Below, in pieces: positions 30,630 through 38,959 of a DNA stretch of 64,000 nt. Position 1 is the first letter of the stretch, and each line of letters opens with the position of its first letter. The stretch is from Phycisphaerales bacterium (GTDB lineage: Bacteria; Planctomycetota; UBA1135; UBA2386). Position numbers and translations under genes: made by a program. Location of the stretch: assembly GCA_020247305.1 (NCBI GenBank), contig JADCJE010000008.1, forward strand, positions 157,016 through 221,015. Reading direction: 5' to 3'. The notes beneath the pieces were generated by a model. The model was not told the origin of the DNA. It saw nothing but the letters and a program-made list of their open reading frames with translations, and ran no database searches.

Positions 30630-31922
30630 TCAGCCGCCGCCGCCCGGACCGCTGGCCGGCGGCGTCACCGGCTTCGTCGCGTCGGACTTCGCCGGATCCT
30701 TCTTCTCCACCGGCTTGCCGTCCACCGGTTTGCCGTCCGCCGGCTTCGCCTCGAGGGGCTTCTCGCCGCCCGGCGACGTCGCCGCCGGGGCGCCGTCGGC
30801 CGGCTTCTTGTCGCCGTCCTGCGGCGCGGTGGTCGGCGCAGCCGGATCGAAGCACTGCGCCGGCACGTCGAGTTCGAACTGCGTCACCGTGCCCTGCGGC
30901 CACGTCATGACGAAGCCCGACTCGTTGGTCATCAGGTAGTGCTCGTTCTTGCCTTCGAGCTGGTTGCCGACGGCGATCTTCAGCTTGCGCTCGCGATCGC
31001 CCTCCTGCACCACGAGGTCGATCTCGATGCGCGGCGGCGCGAGGCCGAGCACGGCCAGGTTGCCGGCGCGCGCGGTCGGCAGCCGGTAGTCCTGGGCAGC
31101 GACGTAGCGCAGCCGCTGCACGAGGTTCTCGACCTCGGTCTGGCGTACCGCACCGAGGCCCGCCGGCGCATCGACCGCCACCCACGATGCCTTGCCGGCC
31201 GGCCGCTCGAACGTGAACGCCGCGCCGAGCGTGGCGGCGTTGCGGATCGACAGCCGCCGCACCTTGTCGGGCTCGATGCGGGCGAGCACCTTGTCGAGCC
31301 AGAGGTCCTGCTGCACCGAACGCAGCCAGGCCTTGTCGACCTCGTAGAGGATCACGTCGTTCGAGTCGCTCTTGCGCACGAACACGCCGCGCACCGCCTC
31401 GGTGCCGATCTGGCCCTGGCCGGCGTCGCGACCGACCAGCAGTTCGGCCACGACGTTGCGCTGCGTCGCGTCCGTGGCGCGGACGACGAACGCCTGCTTC
31501 TCGTCGAGCCCGAACTCCGCCAGTTGCTCCGGCGTCGCGTCGGGCTGGACCAGCACGTCGCGGTCGGCGCGGATGCTGCGCAGGTGCTGGAACACCTGCT
31601 GCTCCAGCTGGTCCTTGCCGACCGGCGCGCCGGCCAGGTCGCCCTGCGCCAGCGCGAAGCCCTTGTCCGTGCGCTGGAACACCAGCTGGTCGTAGGCGAC
31701 CTTGGGCGCCTGCGGGTTGCCCGGGTCGGGTTGCGGCTGCTCCTTCTTCGGCTGCCCCAGCGTCACGAACATGACGTTGTCGGCGGTGAAGCCGTCGAAC
31801 AGCAGCGGCACGCTGCCGATGTCGACGAAGGTCTCGGCGTCGCGCCGCAGCTGCAGGAAGGTCGGGATCGCGAGCGCGGCCGCGAGCGCGGCGAGCAGGA
31901 CGTTGCGTTGGGCGAGGTTCAT
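30630..31922 (-). CDS. DUF4340-like protein (partner of GldG-type ABC auxiliary proteins)
   Basis: N-terminal anchor MNLAQRNVLLAALAAALAIPTFL, a beta-rich body and a Lys/Pro/Asp-rich tail. It sits directly downstream of the GldG-like gene, as is usual for this family. The assignment rests on context and general pattern. Confidence 0.7.
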   Translation of the reverse strand: MNLAQRNVLLAALAAALAIPTFLQLRRDAETFVDIGSVPLLFDGFTADNVMFVTLGQPKKEQPQPDPGNPQAPKVAYDQLVFQRTDKGFALAQGDLAGAPVGKDQLEQQVFQHLRSIRADRDVLVQPDATPEQLAEFGLDEKQAFVVRATDATQRNVVAELLVGRDAGQGQIGTEAVRGVFVRKSDSNDVILYEVDKAWLRSVQQDLWLDKVLARIEPDKVRRLSIRNAATLGAAFTFERPAGKASWVAVDAPAGLGAVRQTEVENLVQRLRYVAAQDYRLPTARAGNLAVLGLAPPRIEIDLVVQEGDRERKLKIAVGNQLEGKNEHYLMTNESGFVMTWPQGTVTQFELDVPAQCFDPAAPTTAPQDGDKKPADGAPAATSPGGEKPLEAKPADGKPVDGKPVEKKDPAKSDATKPVTPPASGPGGGG

Positions 31923-31935
31923 CGGCGGGTCCTCA

Positions 31936-34050
31936 TCAGCCGATCGACGACAGGAAGGTCCGCTTCTGCGCGCGGCGGACGAAGTACACGCAGAGGCCCA
32001 GCGCCGCGAGCAGCGCGCCGGGCAACACGACGTTGAGCGCGCGCAGCCACGTCGTCTTGCGCCGCAGCGCCTGCTCGTGCAGGCGCGGGTCGGCGTTCGG
32101 ATCGCGCGTCTCCTCCAACAGCTTCAGCGAGCGGTCGGTGGCGACCTTCGACTGCAGCGCGACGAGGTCCTTGTCCTCGGCCAGCCAGTCGAGCATCTGG
32201 GCGAAGAACGGCGCCGCCGAGCGGCCCGAAACCGGACCGCCGGCTTGGGCGTGATCGCCACGCACGATGTCGTCGCGCAGGAAGTCGGCGTCGCCAACCA
32301 CGACGATGCGGCCGGGTCGATCGCCACGCTCAGCCGCCGGGGCCTCGGTCGCGACGGCGGCGGCGTCGTCCTCGGCGCGCTTGTCGGCCGGCGGCGTCTG
32401 CTCGCCGTCCTTCTGCTTCGCCGCAGCTTCGGCCTGCTTGGCTTCTTCCTCGGCCTTCTTGGCCTCCGCCTCCTTGATCTCGCTCGGGCGCTTGGGCCGC
32501 TCGCGGCCGGCGAAGAACGACACGAAGCGGCCGCGGACCTCCGCCATCAGCGGGGCCTGCTGGCGCGGCTCGGCGGCGAGGCGTTCACGCAACTTGCCGG
32601 CGAACTTCTGGTAGGCGTCGAGCCGCTGCTGGCCGTCGCCGAAGCCGATCGGGTTGAGCGACTGCGGCGGGTCCTCGACCAGGGCCAGCGGGCTCGACCA
32701 CAGCAGCACGCGGCCGGCGACGTCGGGCGGCAGGTCCGGCGCGCCGCCGGCCTTGGTGCGCACGCCGACCCACGTCGGCCAGTAGAAGCCCGGCCCGCGC
32801 TTCTGCTGCTTCCAGGCCTGGAAGACGAACTCGTCGCTCGGCATGCCGGGCACGAAGAGCTTGCGGTACTGCTCGGCGAGGTCCTTGTCGACCTGGCCAC
32901 GCGCGTCCTTGGCGAGGTCGTTGGCTGCGTCCTTCCAGTCGATGGCGACGGGATGGAAGAAGTACGGATACTCGATCGGGCTCAGCTGCTGGCCGAATGG
33001 CGTCAACTGCGGCACGGCGAAGTACTCGAAGCGCCCCTGGACAGGATCGCGCGGCTGAAAGGCGTCGCGGCTGAGGTCGGCGACGAGGCGCGGCTTCCAG
33101 TCGATGCCGTAGTGCAGCAGTTGGTCGGTCAGCTTCTGCGAGCTGCCGGCGGCGTCGAGCGCGAGCGGCGCCCTGGTCATCGTGCGCTGCGGGCCGACCA
33201 TGTACTCGGCGGCGTCGACGAAGGCGACGAGCGTGCCGCCCTTCACGACGAACTGGTCGAGCACGTACTTCTGCCGGTCGGTCAGGTCCTTCGGCCGGAA
33301 CAGGAACAGCGTCTGCAGGTCGTCCGGCAGCAGCGCCCCATCCTCGTCCTTGAGGTTCTGGAACTCGTAGCGCTTGGCGATGCCGTCCAGCGTGCGCAGC
33401 ACGTTCCAGCCGAGCGGGCCGGCCTGCGCCCCCTGCGGGTTCGTCGCCGGCCATTCCATGTAGCCGATGCGGCGCTTCTGCGAGGTGATGACCTCCTTGA
33501 TCGCCGGCGTGATCACCGCCTCGGCCAGGAACGAGCTCCCGGGCGCGAACTGCGGCACGACCTTGTTCTTGTCGCCGCCGTAGACGAAGCGCAGCCCCTG
33601 CCAGTGCACGTCGACCGACAGCGAGGTCGACGACTGGCTGCGCAGCTCCAGCGGCTTGACGCCGACGCGCGTCGCCTTGTCCTTCACCGCCTTGTCGGCG
33701 TTGGGGTCGAAACGCTGCACGACGACGTTGCCCTTGCCGAGCTGCACCAGCTCGTCGAGGAAGCTGTCGGCCCAGGCGCGCGTCTCGCGCACGGCGACGG
33801 GCAGCTTCTCCTTCGGGCTGAAGTAGGCCTCGACGACGAGGCGCTTGTCGAGCCTGGCCAGCAGGTCGCGCGTCGACGACGTCGTCGACCACAGGCCGTC
33901 GGACGTCAGGTCGACCCGCGCGCGGTGGCGCGACGCGAGGTAGACAACCTGCGCCAGCACGACGAGCAGCAGCAGCACGTGCAGGACGAGCGCCGGCGCG
34001 GAGCCGCGCTCGCGGGAACGGGAATCGGTGCGGACGTGGGGAGTCGCCAT
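31936..34050 (-). CDS. GldG-like ABC-transport auxiliary component
   Basis: 704 aa with N- and C-terminal TM anchors. DLTSDGLWSTTSSTRDLLARLDKRLVVEAYFS is typical of the family N-terminus. An internal Lys/Glu/Ala-rich spacer is present. Confidence 0.85.
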   Translation of the reverse strand: MATPHVRTDSRSRERGSAPALVLHVLLLLVVLAQVVYLASRHRARVDLTSDGLWSTTSSTRDLLARLDKRLVVEAYFSPKEKLPVAVRETRAWADSFLDELVQLGKGNVVVQRFDPNADKAVKDKATRVGVKPLELRSQSSTSLSVDVHWQGLRFVYGGDKNKVVPQFAPGSSFLAEAVITPAIKEVITSQKRRIGYMEWPATNPQGAQAGPLGWNVLRTLDGIAKRYEFQNLKDEDGALLPDDLQTLFLFRPKDLTDRQKYVLDQFVVKGGTLVAFVDAAEYMVGPQRTMTRAPLALDAAGSSQKLTDQLLHYGIDWKPRLVADLSRDAFQPRDPVQGRFEYFAVPQLTPFGQQLSPIEYPYFFHPVAIDWKDAANDLAKDARGQVDKDLAEQYRKLFVPGMPSDEFVFQAWKQQKRGPGFYWPTWVGVRTKAGGAPDLPPDVAGRVLLWSSPLALVEDPPQSLNPIGFGDGQQRLDAYQKFAGKLRERLAAEPRQQAPLMAEVRGRFVSFFAGRERPKRPSEIKEAEAKKAEEEAKQAEAAAKQKDGEQTPPADKRAEDDAAAVATEAPAAERGDRPGRIVVVGDADFLRDDIVRGDHAQAGGPVSGRSAAPFFAQMLDWLAEDKDLVALQSKVATDRSLKLLEETRDPNADPRLHEQALRRKTTWLRALNVVLPGALLAALGLCVYFVRRAQKRTFLSSIG

Positions 34051-34053
34051 GGC

Positions 34054-34788
34054 TCAGCCCCGCTGGCGCCGGGACTCGAGCACCAGCGCGTTGGCGTAGA
34101 GGAAGAACCCGCAGAAGCAGGCAAAGTAGACGATGTCGCGCGAGTCGAGGACGCCGCGCGCGATGCTGACGAAGTACTTGTGCGGGCTGAGCCCGCTGAC
34201 GAGGTCGACGAGCCACGCCGGCATCCAGTCCGACGCGTACTCGACGTTCTGGGGATTGCCGAGCTGGTAGAGCACGAACAGCGACACCAGCGAGAGCAAC
34301 ATCGCCACCATCTGGTCGCGCGTCGTGCTCGACCAGAACATGCCGACCGCGACGAAGCTGCTGGCGAACAGCAGCGACGCGAGGTAGCTGCCGAGGACCG
34401 GCGACCAGTCGAGCTTGCCATAGGCGCCGAGCGTCAGCGGCAGGCCGAGCGTCAGCGCCAGCACGCACGCGAGATAGACGACACAGGCGAGGAACTTGCC
34501 GAACACCAGCTGGCCGATGCGCACGGGGAACGTCATCAGCAACTCCAGCGTGCCGAGCTTGCGCTCCTCCGCCCACATGCGCATGGTCAGCCCGGGCAGG
34601 AACAGCACGAGCATCAACGGCAGCGTGGCGAACAGACCCTCCGCGCTGGCGCGCGCGCCGTTCTGCAGTGCACCCTCGCTGACGTAGTAGAGCAGCACCG
34701 ACACCAGCAGGATGCCGAACACGTACGCGATCGGCGACAGGAAGAAGCTGCGCAGCTCGCGCCGGAACACGACGAGGGTCTCACGCAT
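34054..34788 (-). CDS. ABC-2 type transporter permease (GldF-like)
   Basis: MRETLVVFRRELRSFFLSPIAYVF N-terminus and six hydrophobic segments. It overlaps the ATPase gene by 8 nt. Confidence 0.85.
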   Translation of the reverse strand: MRETLVVFRRELRSFFLSPIAYVFGILLVSVLLYYVSEGALQNGARASAEGLFATLPLMLVLFLPGLTMRMWAEERKLGTLELLMTFPVRIGQLVFGKFLACVVYLACVLALTLGLPLTLGAYGKLDWSPVLGSYLASLLFASSFVAVGMFWSSTTRDQMVAMLLSLVSLFVLYQLGNPQNVEYASDWMPAWLVDLVSGLSPHKYFVSIARGVLDSRDIVYFACFCGFFLYANALVLESRRQRG

Positions 34789-35737
34789 GGACGGCCTCCT
34801 GCGCCTTGGCGCCGGTCAGCTTGCGGAAGATGTCCTCCAGCGAAGCGTGCTCGACGGCGAGTTCGAGCAACTGCCAGCCGTGGCGGCAGGCCTGGGCGGC
34901 GACCGCCGCGGGGAACTCGCTCGCCGCGGACGGCAGGCCGAATCGCCACGTGGTGACGCCATTGCCGCCGCCTTCGGCCGCGAGCGGCGCGCCGGGCGGC
35001 AGCAGTTGCAGCAATTGTGCGCGCACCGAGTCGGCCGGACCGCGCACGCGCACACGCAGTGCCGCGCCGCCGTGCGCGGCCGCGATCTGCGCCTGCGTGC
35101 CGTCGGCGACGATGCGGCCCTGGTCGATGATCACGACGCGCGTGCAGGACTTCTCGACTTCCTGCAGGTAGTGCGTGCTGAGGATGACCGTGTGCTCCTT
35201 GCCCAGCTGCTCGATCAGGGTGCGAACCTCGACGATCTGGTTGGGGTCCAGGCCCGAGGTCGGCTCGTCGAGGATCAGCACGGGCGGCTCGTGCACGATC
35301 GCCTGGGCCAGGCCGACGCGCTGCTTGAAGCCCTTGCTGAGCTCGACGATGTTCTTGCCGAGCACGCGCTGCAACACGCAGCGCTCGACCGCGCGGCCGA
35401 TGGCGGCGCGTTGCCGACCGGCCGGGATGCCGCGAATCTCGGCGCAGAAGCGCAGGTACTCGTCGACCCGCATCTCGCCGTAGAGCGGCGTCGTTTCCGG
35501 CAAGTAGCCGATGCAGCGTCGCGCCGCGACGCTGGCGGCGACGACGTCGTGGCCGGCGACCGACGCGCGGCCGGACGTCGGCAGCAGGTAGCCGGTCAGG
35601 ATCTTCATCGTCGTCGACTTCCCGGCGCCGTTGGGGCCGAGGAAGCCGACCACTTCGCCCTTCTGCACCGTGAAGGAGACGCCCTTCAGGGCCCGGGCGA
35701 AGCCGTAGGACTTCGCGAGTTGTTCGACTTCGATCAT
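34781..35737 (-). CDS. ABC transporter ATP-binding protein (GldA-like)
   Basis: From internal Met MIEVEQLAKSYG of ORF 34781..35863. Walker A GPNGAGKST, signature LSKGFKQRV, Walker B LILDEPTSGLD. Confidence 0.93.
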   Translation of the reverse strand: MIEVEQLAKSYGFARALKGVSFTVQKGEVVGFLGPNGAGKSTTMKILTGYLLPTSGRASVAGHDVVAASVAARRCIGYLPETTPLYGEMRVDEYLRFCAEIRGIPAGRQRAAIGRAVERCVLQRVLGKNIVELSKGFKQRVGLAQAIVHEPPVLILDEPTSGLDPNQIVEVRTLIEQLGKEHTVILSTHYLQEVEKSCTRVVIIDQGRIVADGTQAQIAAAHGGAALRVRVRGPADSVRAQLLQLLPPGAPLAAEGGGNGVTTWRFGLPSAASEFPAAVAAQACRHGWQLLELAVEHASLEDIFRKLTGAKAQEAVHA

Positions 35738-35909
35738 GGGACGATGCACGGGGCGCCGCCGCTGGCGACGGCGGCGAGGGGAACGGGCGCGCACCGTCCG
35801 ACGGCCGGCGCGCGGACGCCAGACGGCACAGGGTGGCGCACGACGGACGGGGCGGCAAGACACTCCGTCCGCTGCGCCGCAACGGACTCAATCCTCCTGG
35901 CAGTTCACT

Positions 35910-35965
35910 CAGAGAGCGAGAAACAAGCGGTTTCTCGCTCTCTGCGCGGCCGCGAAGGCGGCCGC
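35910..35965 (-). terminator. two adjacent strong hairpins downstream of rho
   Basis: 35910..35944 is a 15-bp perfect stem (cagagagcgagaaac / gtttctcgctctctg) with loop aagcg. 35946..35965 is gcggccgc-gaag-gcggccgc (8-bp stem). They lie 46-101 nt after the rho stop. There is no U-tract. Confidence 0.4.
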
Positions 35966-36010
35966 CAGCGGCATCCTGAGATGCCCGTAGAATGATGGCT
36001 TCTCGGGCTC

Positions 36011-37552
36011 TCAGTCCTCCAGGCGGAACGAATCGAGGAACTGCTTGTTGCTGTCGGTCTTCATCAGGCGGTCGATCAGCAGCGGCATGGCGTCGAGCGC
36101 GTTCATGCGCGCGAGCACCCGCCGCAGCGTGTAGAGGCGCTTGGTGACGTCCGCGCCGAGGAGCAGCTCCTCCTTGCGCGTGCCGGACAGCTCGATGTCG
36201 ATCGCCGGGAAGATACGGCGCTCGGCGAGCTGGCGATTGAGCACCAGCTCCATGTTGCCGGTGCCCTTGAACTCCTCGAAGATGACCTGATCCATGCGCG
36301 AGCCGGTGTCGACCAGCGTCGTGGCCAGGATCGTCAGCGAGCCGCCCTCTTCGCAGTTGCGGGCCGCGCCGAAGAACTTCTTCGGCACCTCGAGCACCTT
36401 GGCGCCGAGGCCGCCGGACATCGTGCCGCCGCCGCGGCCGCCGAGGAAGCTGTTGTAGGCGCGCGTCAGGCGCGTGATCGAGTCGAGCAGGATGACGACG
36501 TCGCGGCCGGTCTCGACGAGGCGCTGCGCGCGCTTCATCGCCATCTCGCTGACGGCGATGTGGTGCTTGGGGCCTTCGTCGAGCGTCGAGACGAGGACCT
36601 CGCGGTTCGGGCCTTCGACGGTGCGCTTCCAGCCGGTCGCCTCCTCGGGGCGCTCGTCGATCAGCAGCACCATCATGTGGACGTCCGGATAGTGCGTCGA
36701 AAGCGACTGGCAGATCTGCTGCATCAGCACCGTCTTGCCGGAGCGCGGCGGCGCGACCACGAGGCCGCGCTGGCCGTAGCCGAGCGGGCACAGCAGGTCG
36801 ACGATGCGCAGCGAGATGTTCTCGTCGCTGCCCGGCGCCAGCACGAATTGCGGCTCCGGGTCGATGACCGTCATGTCGCGGAACGACTTGAGTTCGCGGC
36901 GCTCCTCCGGCGGCAAGCCGTCGACCGACTCGATCGACGCCAGCGTGAAGCGCTGCGGACCGCGGTTGGGCAGTCCGGCCTGACCGACGATCTCGCTGCC
37001 CTCCAGCAGGCGGTGCTGGCGGATCATCGTCATCGGCACGAACGTGTCGCCGTTGGGGATCGAGTCGGGCTGGTAGCTGTTTTGCTTCTTGCGCAGCCAG
37101 CCGTTGCCCTCCTTGGTGTACTCCAGCACGCCGGTGGCCTGCTCGGTCGGGCCTTCGACCAGCGGCCGGAAGTCGCCGCCGCCGCCCTGGCCACCGCCGC
37201 CGTTGCCGCCGCCACCGTAGCCGCCGCCACCGTAGCCGCCGCCGCCGTTGCCGCCGCCGCCACCACCGTAGCCACCGCCCTGGCCGCCGCCCTGGCCGCC
37301 GCCGCCGCCGAAGTTGCCTTGGCCGACGTCGTACGCGCCGGCTTGGCTGCTGCCACCGCCGAAGCCACCGCCTTGGCCGCCGCCGCCGTAGCCGCCGCCG
37401 CCGCCCTGGCCGCCGCCGCCACCGCCTTGGCCACCGCGCCGCCGCCGGCGACGACGACCGCCGCGCCAACGCCGCCGCTCAGGGCCGCCGTCGCCGCCGC
37501 CACCACCACCTGCGTCGAAGCCGCCGGAGAAATCGCCGTCCGAAATGCTCAT
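36011..37552 (-). CDS. rho: transcription termination factor Rho with Gly/Arg/Tyr-rich low-complexity N-terminus
   Basis: From internal Met MSISDGDF of ORF 36011..38014. It has a CSD-like RNA-binding segment GVLEYTKEGNGWLRK, Walker A APPRSGKT, LLIDERPEE, ILLDSITRL and GTGNMELVL. Residues 1-128 are G/R/Y/Q low complexity. Confidence 0.93.
   Translation of the reverse strand: MSISDGDFSGGFDAGGGGGGDGGPERRRWRGGRRRRRRRGGQGGGGGGQGGGGGYGGGGQGGGFGGGSSQAGAYDVGQGNFGGGGGQGGGQGGGYGGGGGGNGGGGYGGGGYGGGGNGGGGQGGGGDFRPLVEGPTEQATGVLEYTKEGNGWLRKKQNSYQPDSIPNGDTFVPMTMIRQHRLLEGSEIVGQAGLPNRGPQRFTLASIESVDGLPPEERRELKSFRDMTVIDPEPQFVLAPGSDENISLRIVDLLCPLGYGQRGLVVAPPRSGKTVLMQQICQSLSTHYPDVHMMVLLIDERPEEATGWKRTVEGPNREVLVSTLDEGPKHHIAVSEMAMKRAQRLVETGRDVVILLDSITRLTRAYNSFLGGRGGGTMSGGLGAKVLEVPKKFFGAARNCEEGGSLTILATTLVDTGSRMDQVIFEEFKGTGNMELVLNRQLAERRIFPAIDIELSGTRKEELLLGADVTKRLYTLRRVLARMNALDAMPLLIDRLMKTDSNKQFLDSFRLED
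37169..37552 (-). repeat. coding low-complexity tract (GGN/CGN codon runs) encoding the Rho N-terminal Gly/Arg-rich region
   Basis: The plus strand shows long runs of gccgcc/accgcc triplets. Translation includes [16 protein letters not shown] and repeated GGGGY/GGGGQ/GGGGN units. Confidence 0.85.
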
Positions 37553-38196
37553 GCCTTGCGTTCGTCGCCGCGCCGGAGCGCGGCTCCTTCCTGGGGCGAC
37601 GCCGACCATGCGGCGACGCCTGCTGATTGGCGACTGCCAGCGGCGTCGGCCTCCGCGATGGCGGCGGCCGCGTGCACACTGCGTTTCGCCCCTGCATCGT
37701 CCGCCAGTCGCGCCGGAGCCTTCCGGCGCGCGGTTTCCTCGCGGACTTCGGCGCCGGAACCACCCGACACCGAATGCGACGGTTGGCCGTCGCCCACTCG
37801 CAGCTGCCCTGCGGCCGCAGGCGGCGCCGGATCGGCGCATCGCCCGACGGATGCTGTGGCGCGCGCCGGCAACCTGACCAGCGGCGCGGGGCGCGACCCG
37901 GCGCACCGATACATTCGGCGACACCAGATCGGCGGCGAGCGTCGCCAGCGCGCTGTTTCCACCAGCGCCACCAACGACGGCGATGACGCTAACGGCACCC
38001 TCCCACCGGCGCAAGCAGCAGGTGCCCGAATCCGACGCCGCGCCGACCGGACCGCCCGGATCCGCCGTTGCGGGCCGCCGTCACGCACGCTATCCACGGC
38101 AAGGACGCGAACGACGGTCGGGACTCAACTTCCTGGCCGCTGCGCTCCGAAACACGCCTTGGCACCGGCCTTGCCGGCGCCGGACAACGACCACGC

Positions 38197-38859
38197 ATGC
38201 CGAACCCTCTCGACCTGGATCCCCGCCCCCTGCACCTCGGCGACGACGACGACGACGAGCACGACGACCACGAGTGCGACAAGCAAGGCGGCGAGAAGGA
38301 AGCCGCTGGCCCGAATCCGTTCGAGAAGGCGCTGCTGGATTCGCGCACGCTGCTGCTCAGCGGTCCCGTCGACGACAAGATGCTCAAGGAGGCGACCGTC
38401 CGTTGCTTCGCCATGGAGCAGAAGGATGCGAAGAAGCCGATCACGGTGATGATCAACTCGCCGGGCGGCAGCGCCGACGCCGGCTTCGCGATCTACGATC
38501 TGCTGCGCTTCATCAAGCCGCCGGTCGTCACCGTGGTGAACGGCCTCTGCGCGTCGGCCGGCATCCTGATCCACCTCGCCGCGGACAAGAAGCGTCGCTT
38601 CTGCCTCAGCGAGAGCCGCTTCATGATCCACCAGCCTTCGACGATGGGCCGCGGCACCGCCAGCGACCTCGACATCACGGCCAAGGAGATCCTCAAGCTG
38701 CGCGACCGCTACAACCGCATCATCGCGGAGCAGTGCAACAAGACGCTGGAGCAGGTCACCGAGTCGGCGCGCCGCGACTTCTGGCTCGACGCCGGCCAGG
38801 CGCTGGAGTACGGCCTCGTGCACAAGGTCGTCACCCGCCGCGACGAATTGCCGAACTGA
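38197..38859 (+). CDS. clpP: ATP-dependent Clp protease proteolytic subunit (ClpP family) with acidic N-terminal extension
   Basis: From internal Met MPNPLDLDPRP of ORF 38068..38859. Motifs: MINSPGGSADAG, GLCASAG (Ser), FMIHQP (His), RDFWLDA (Asp). The N-terminus contains GDDDDDEHDDHECD. Confidence 0.85.
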   Translation: MPNPLDLDPRPLHLGDDDDDEHDDHECDKQGGEKEAAGPNPFEKALLDSRTLLLSGPVDDKMLKEATVRCFAMEQKDAKKPITVMINSPGGSADAGFAIYDLLRFIKPPVVTVVNGLCASAGILIHLAADKKRRFCLSESRFMIHQPSTMGRGTASDLDITAKEILKLRDRYNRIIAEQCNKTLEQVTESARRDFWLDAGQALEYGLVHKVVTRRDELPN

Positions 38860-38959
38860 CGCCGCGAGCGGCCGACGCCGGCGGACCACGGCTGGCCGGG
38901 CGACGCCGCTGCGGCAGGCAGTCGCGCGGGGCTTGAACCCGCGCCGCCCGTCGACGTTG

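Noticed and set aside
31702-34956. 1084-aa plus-strand ORF antisense to the GldG-like and ABC-2 permease genes
   Set aside because: It has no motifs and is Arg/Ala/Leu/Glu repetitive. The minus-strand genes are well supported.
34614-37469. 951-aa minus-strand ORF spanning the ABC ATPase, the intergenic hairpins and most of rho
   Set aside because: It is out of frame with both real genes and crosses a clearly non-coding spacer. Its composition is Arg/Pro/Ala-rich.
37169-37500. Highly repetitive GCC/GCG triplet DNA, considered as a possible tandem-repeat locus or CRISPR-like array
   Set aside because: There is no repeat-spacer periodicity. It is in frame with rho and encodes the Gly/Arg-rich N-terminus, so it is treated as coding low complexity.
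37549-38097. 182-aa and other ORFs inside the rho-clpP intergenic region
   Set aside because: They are Arg/Ala-rich with no hydrophobic core pattern or motifs, and several mutually overlapping frames are all open, as expected for GC-rich non-coding DNA.
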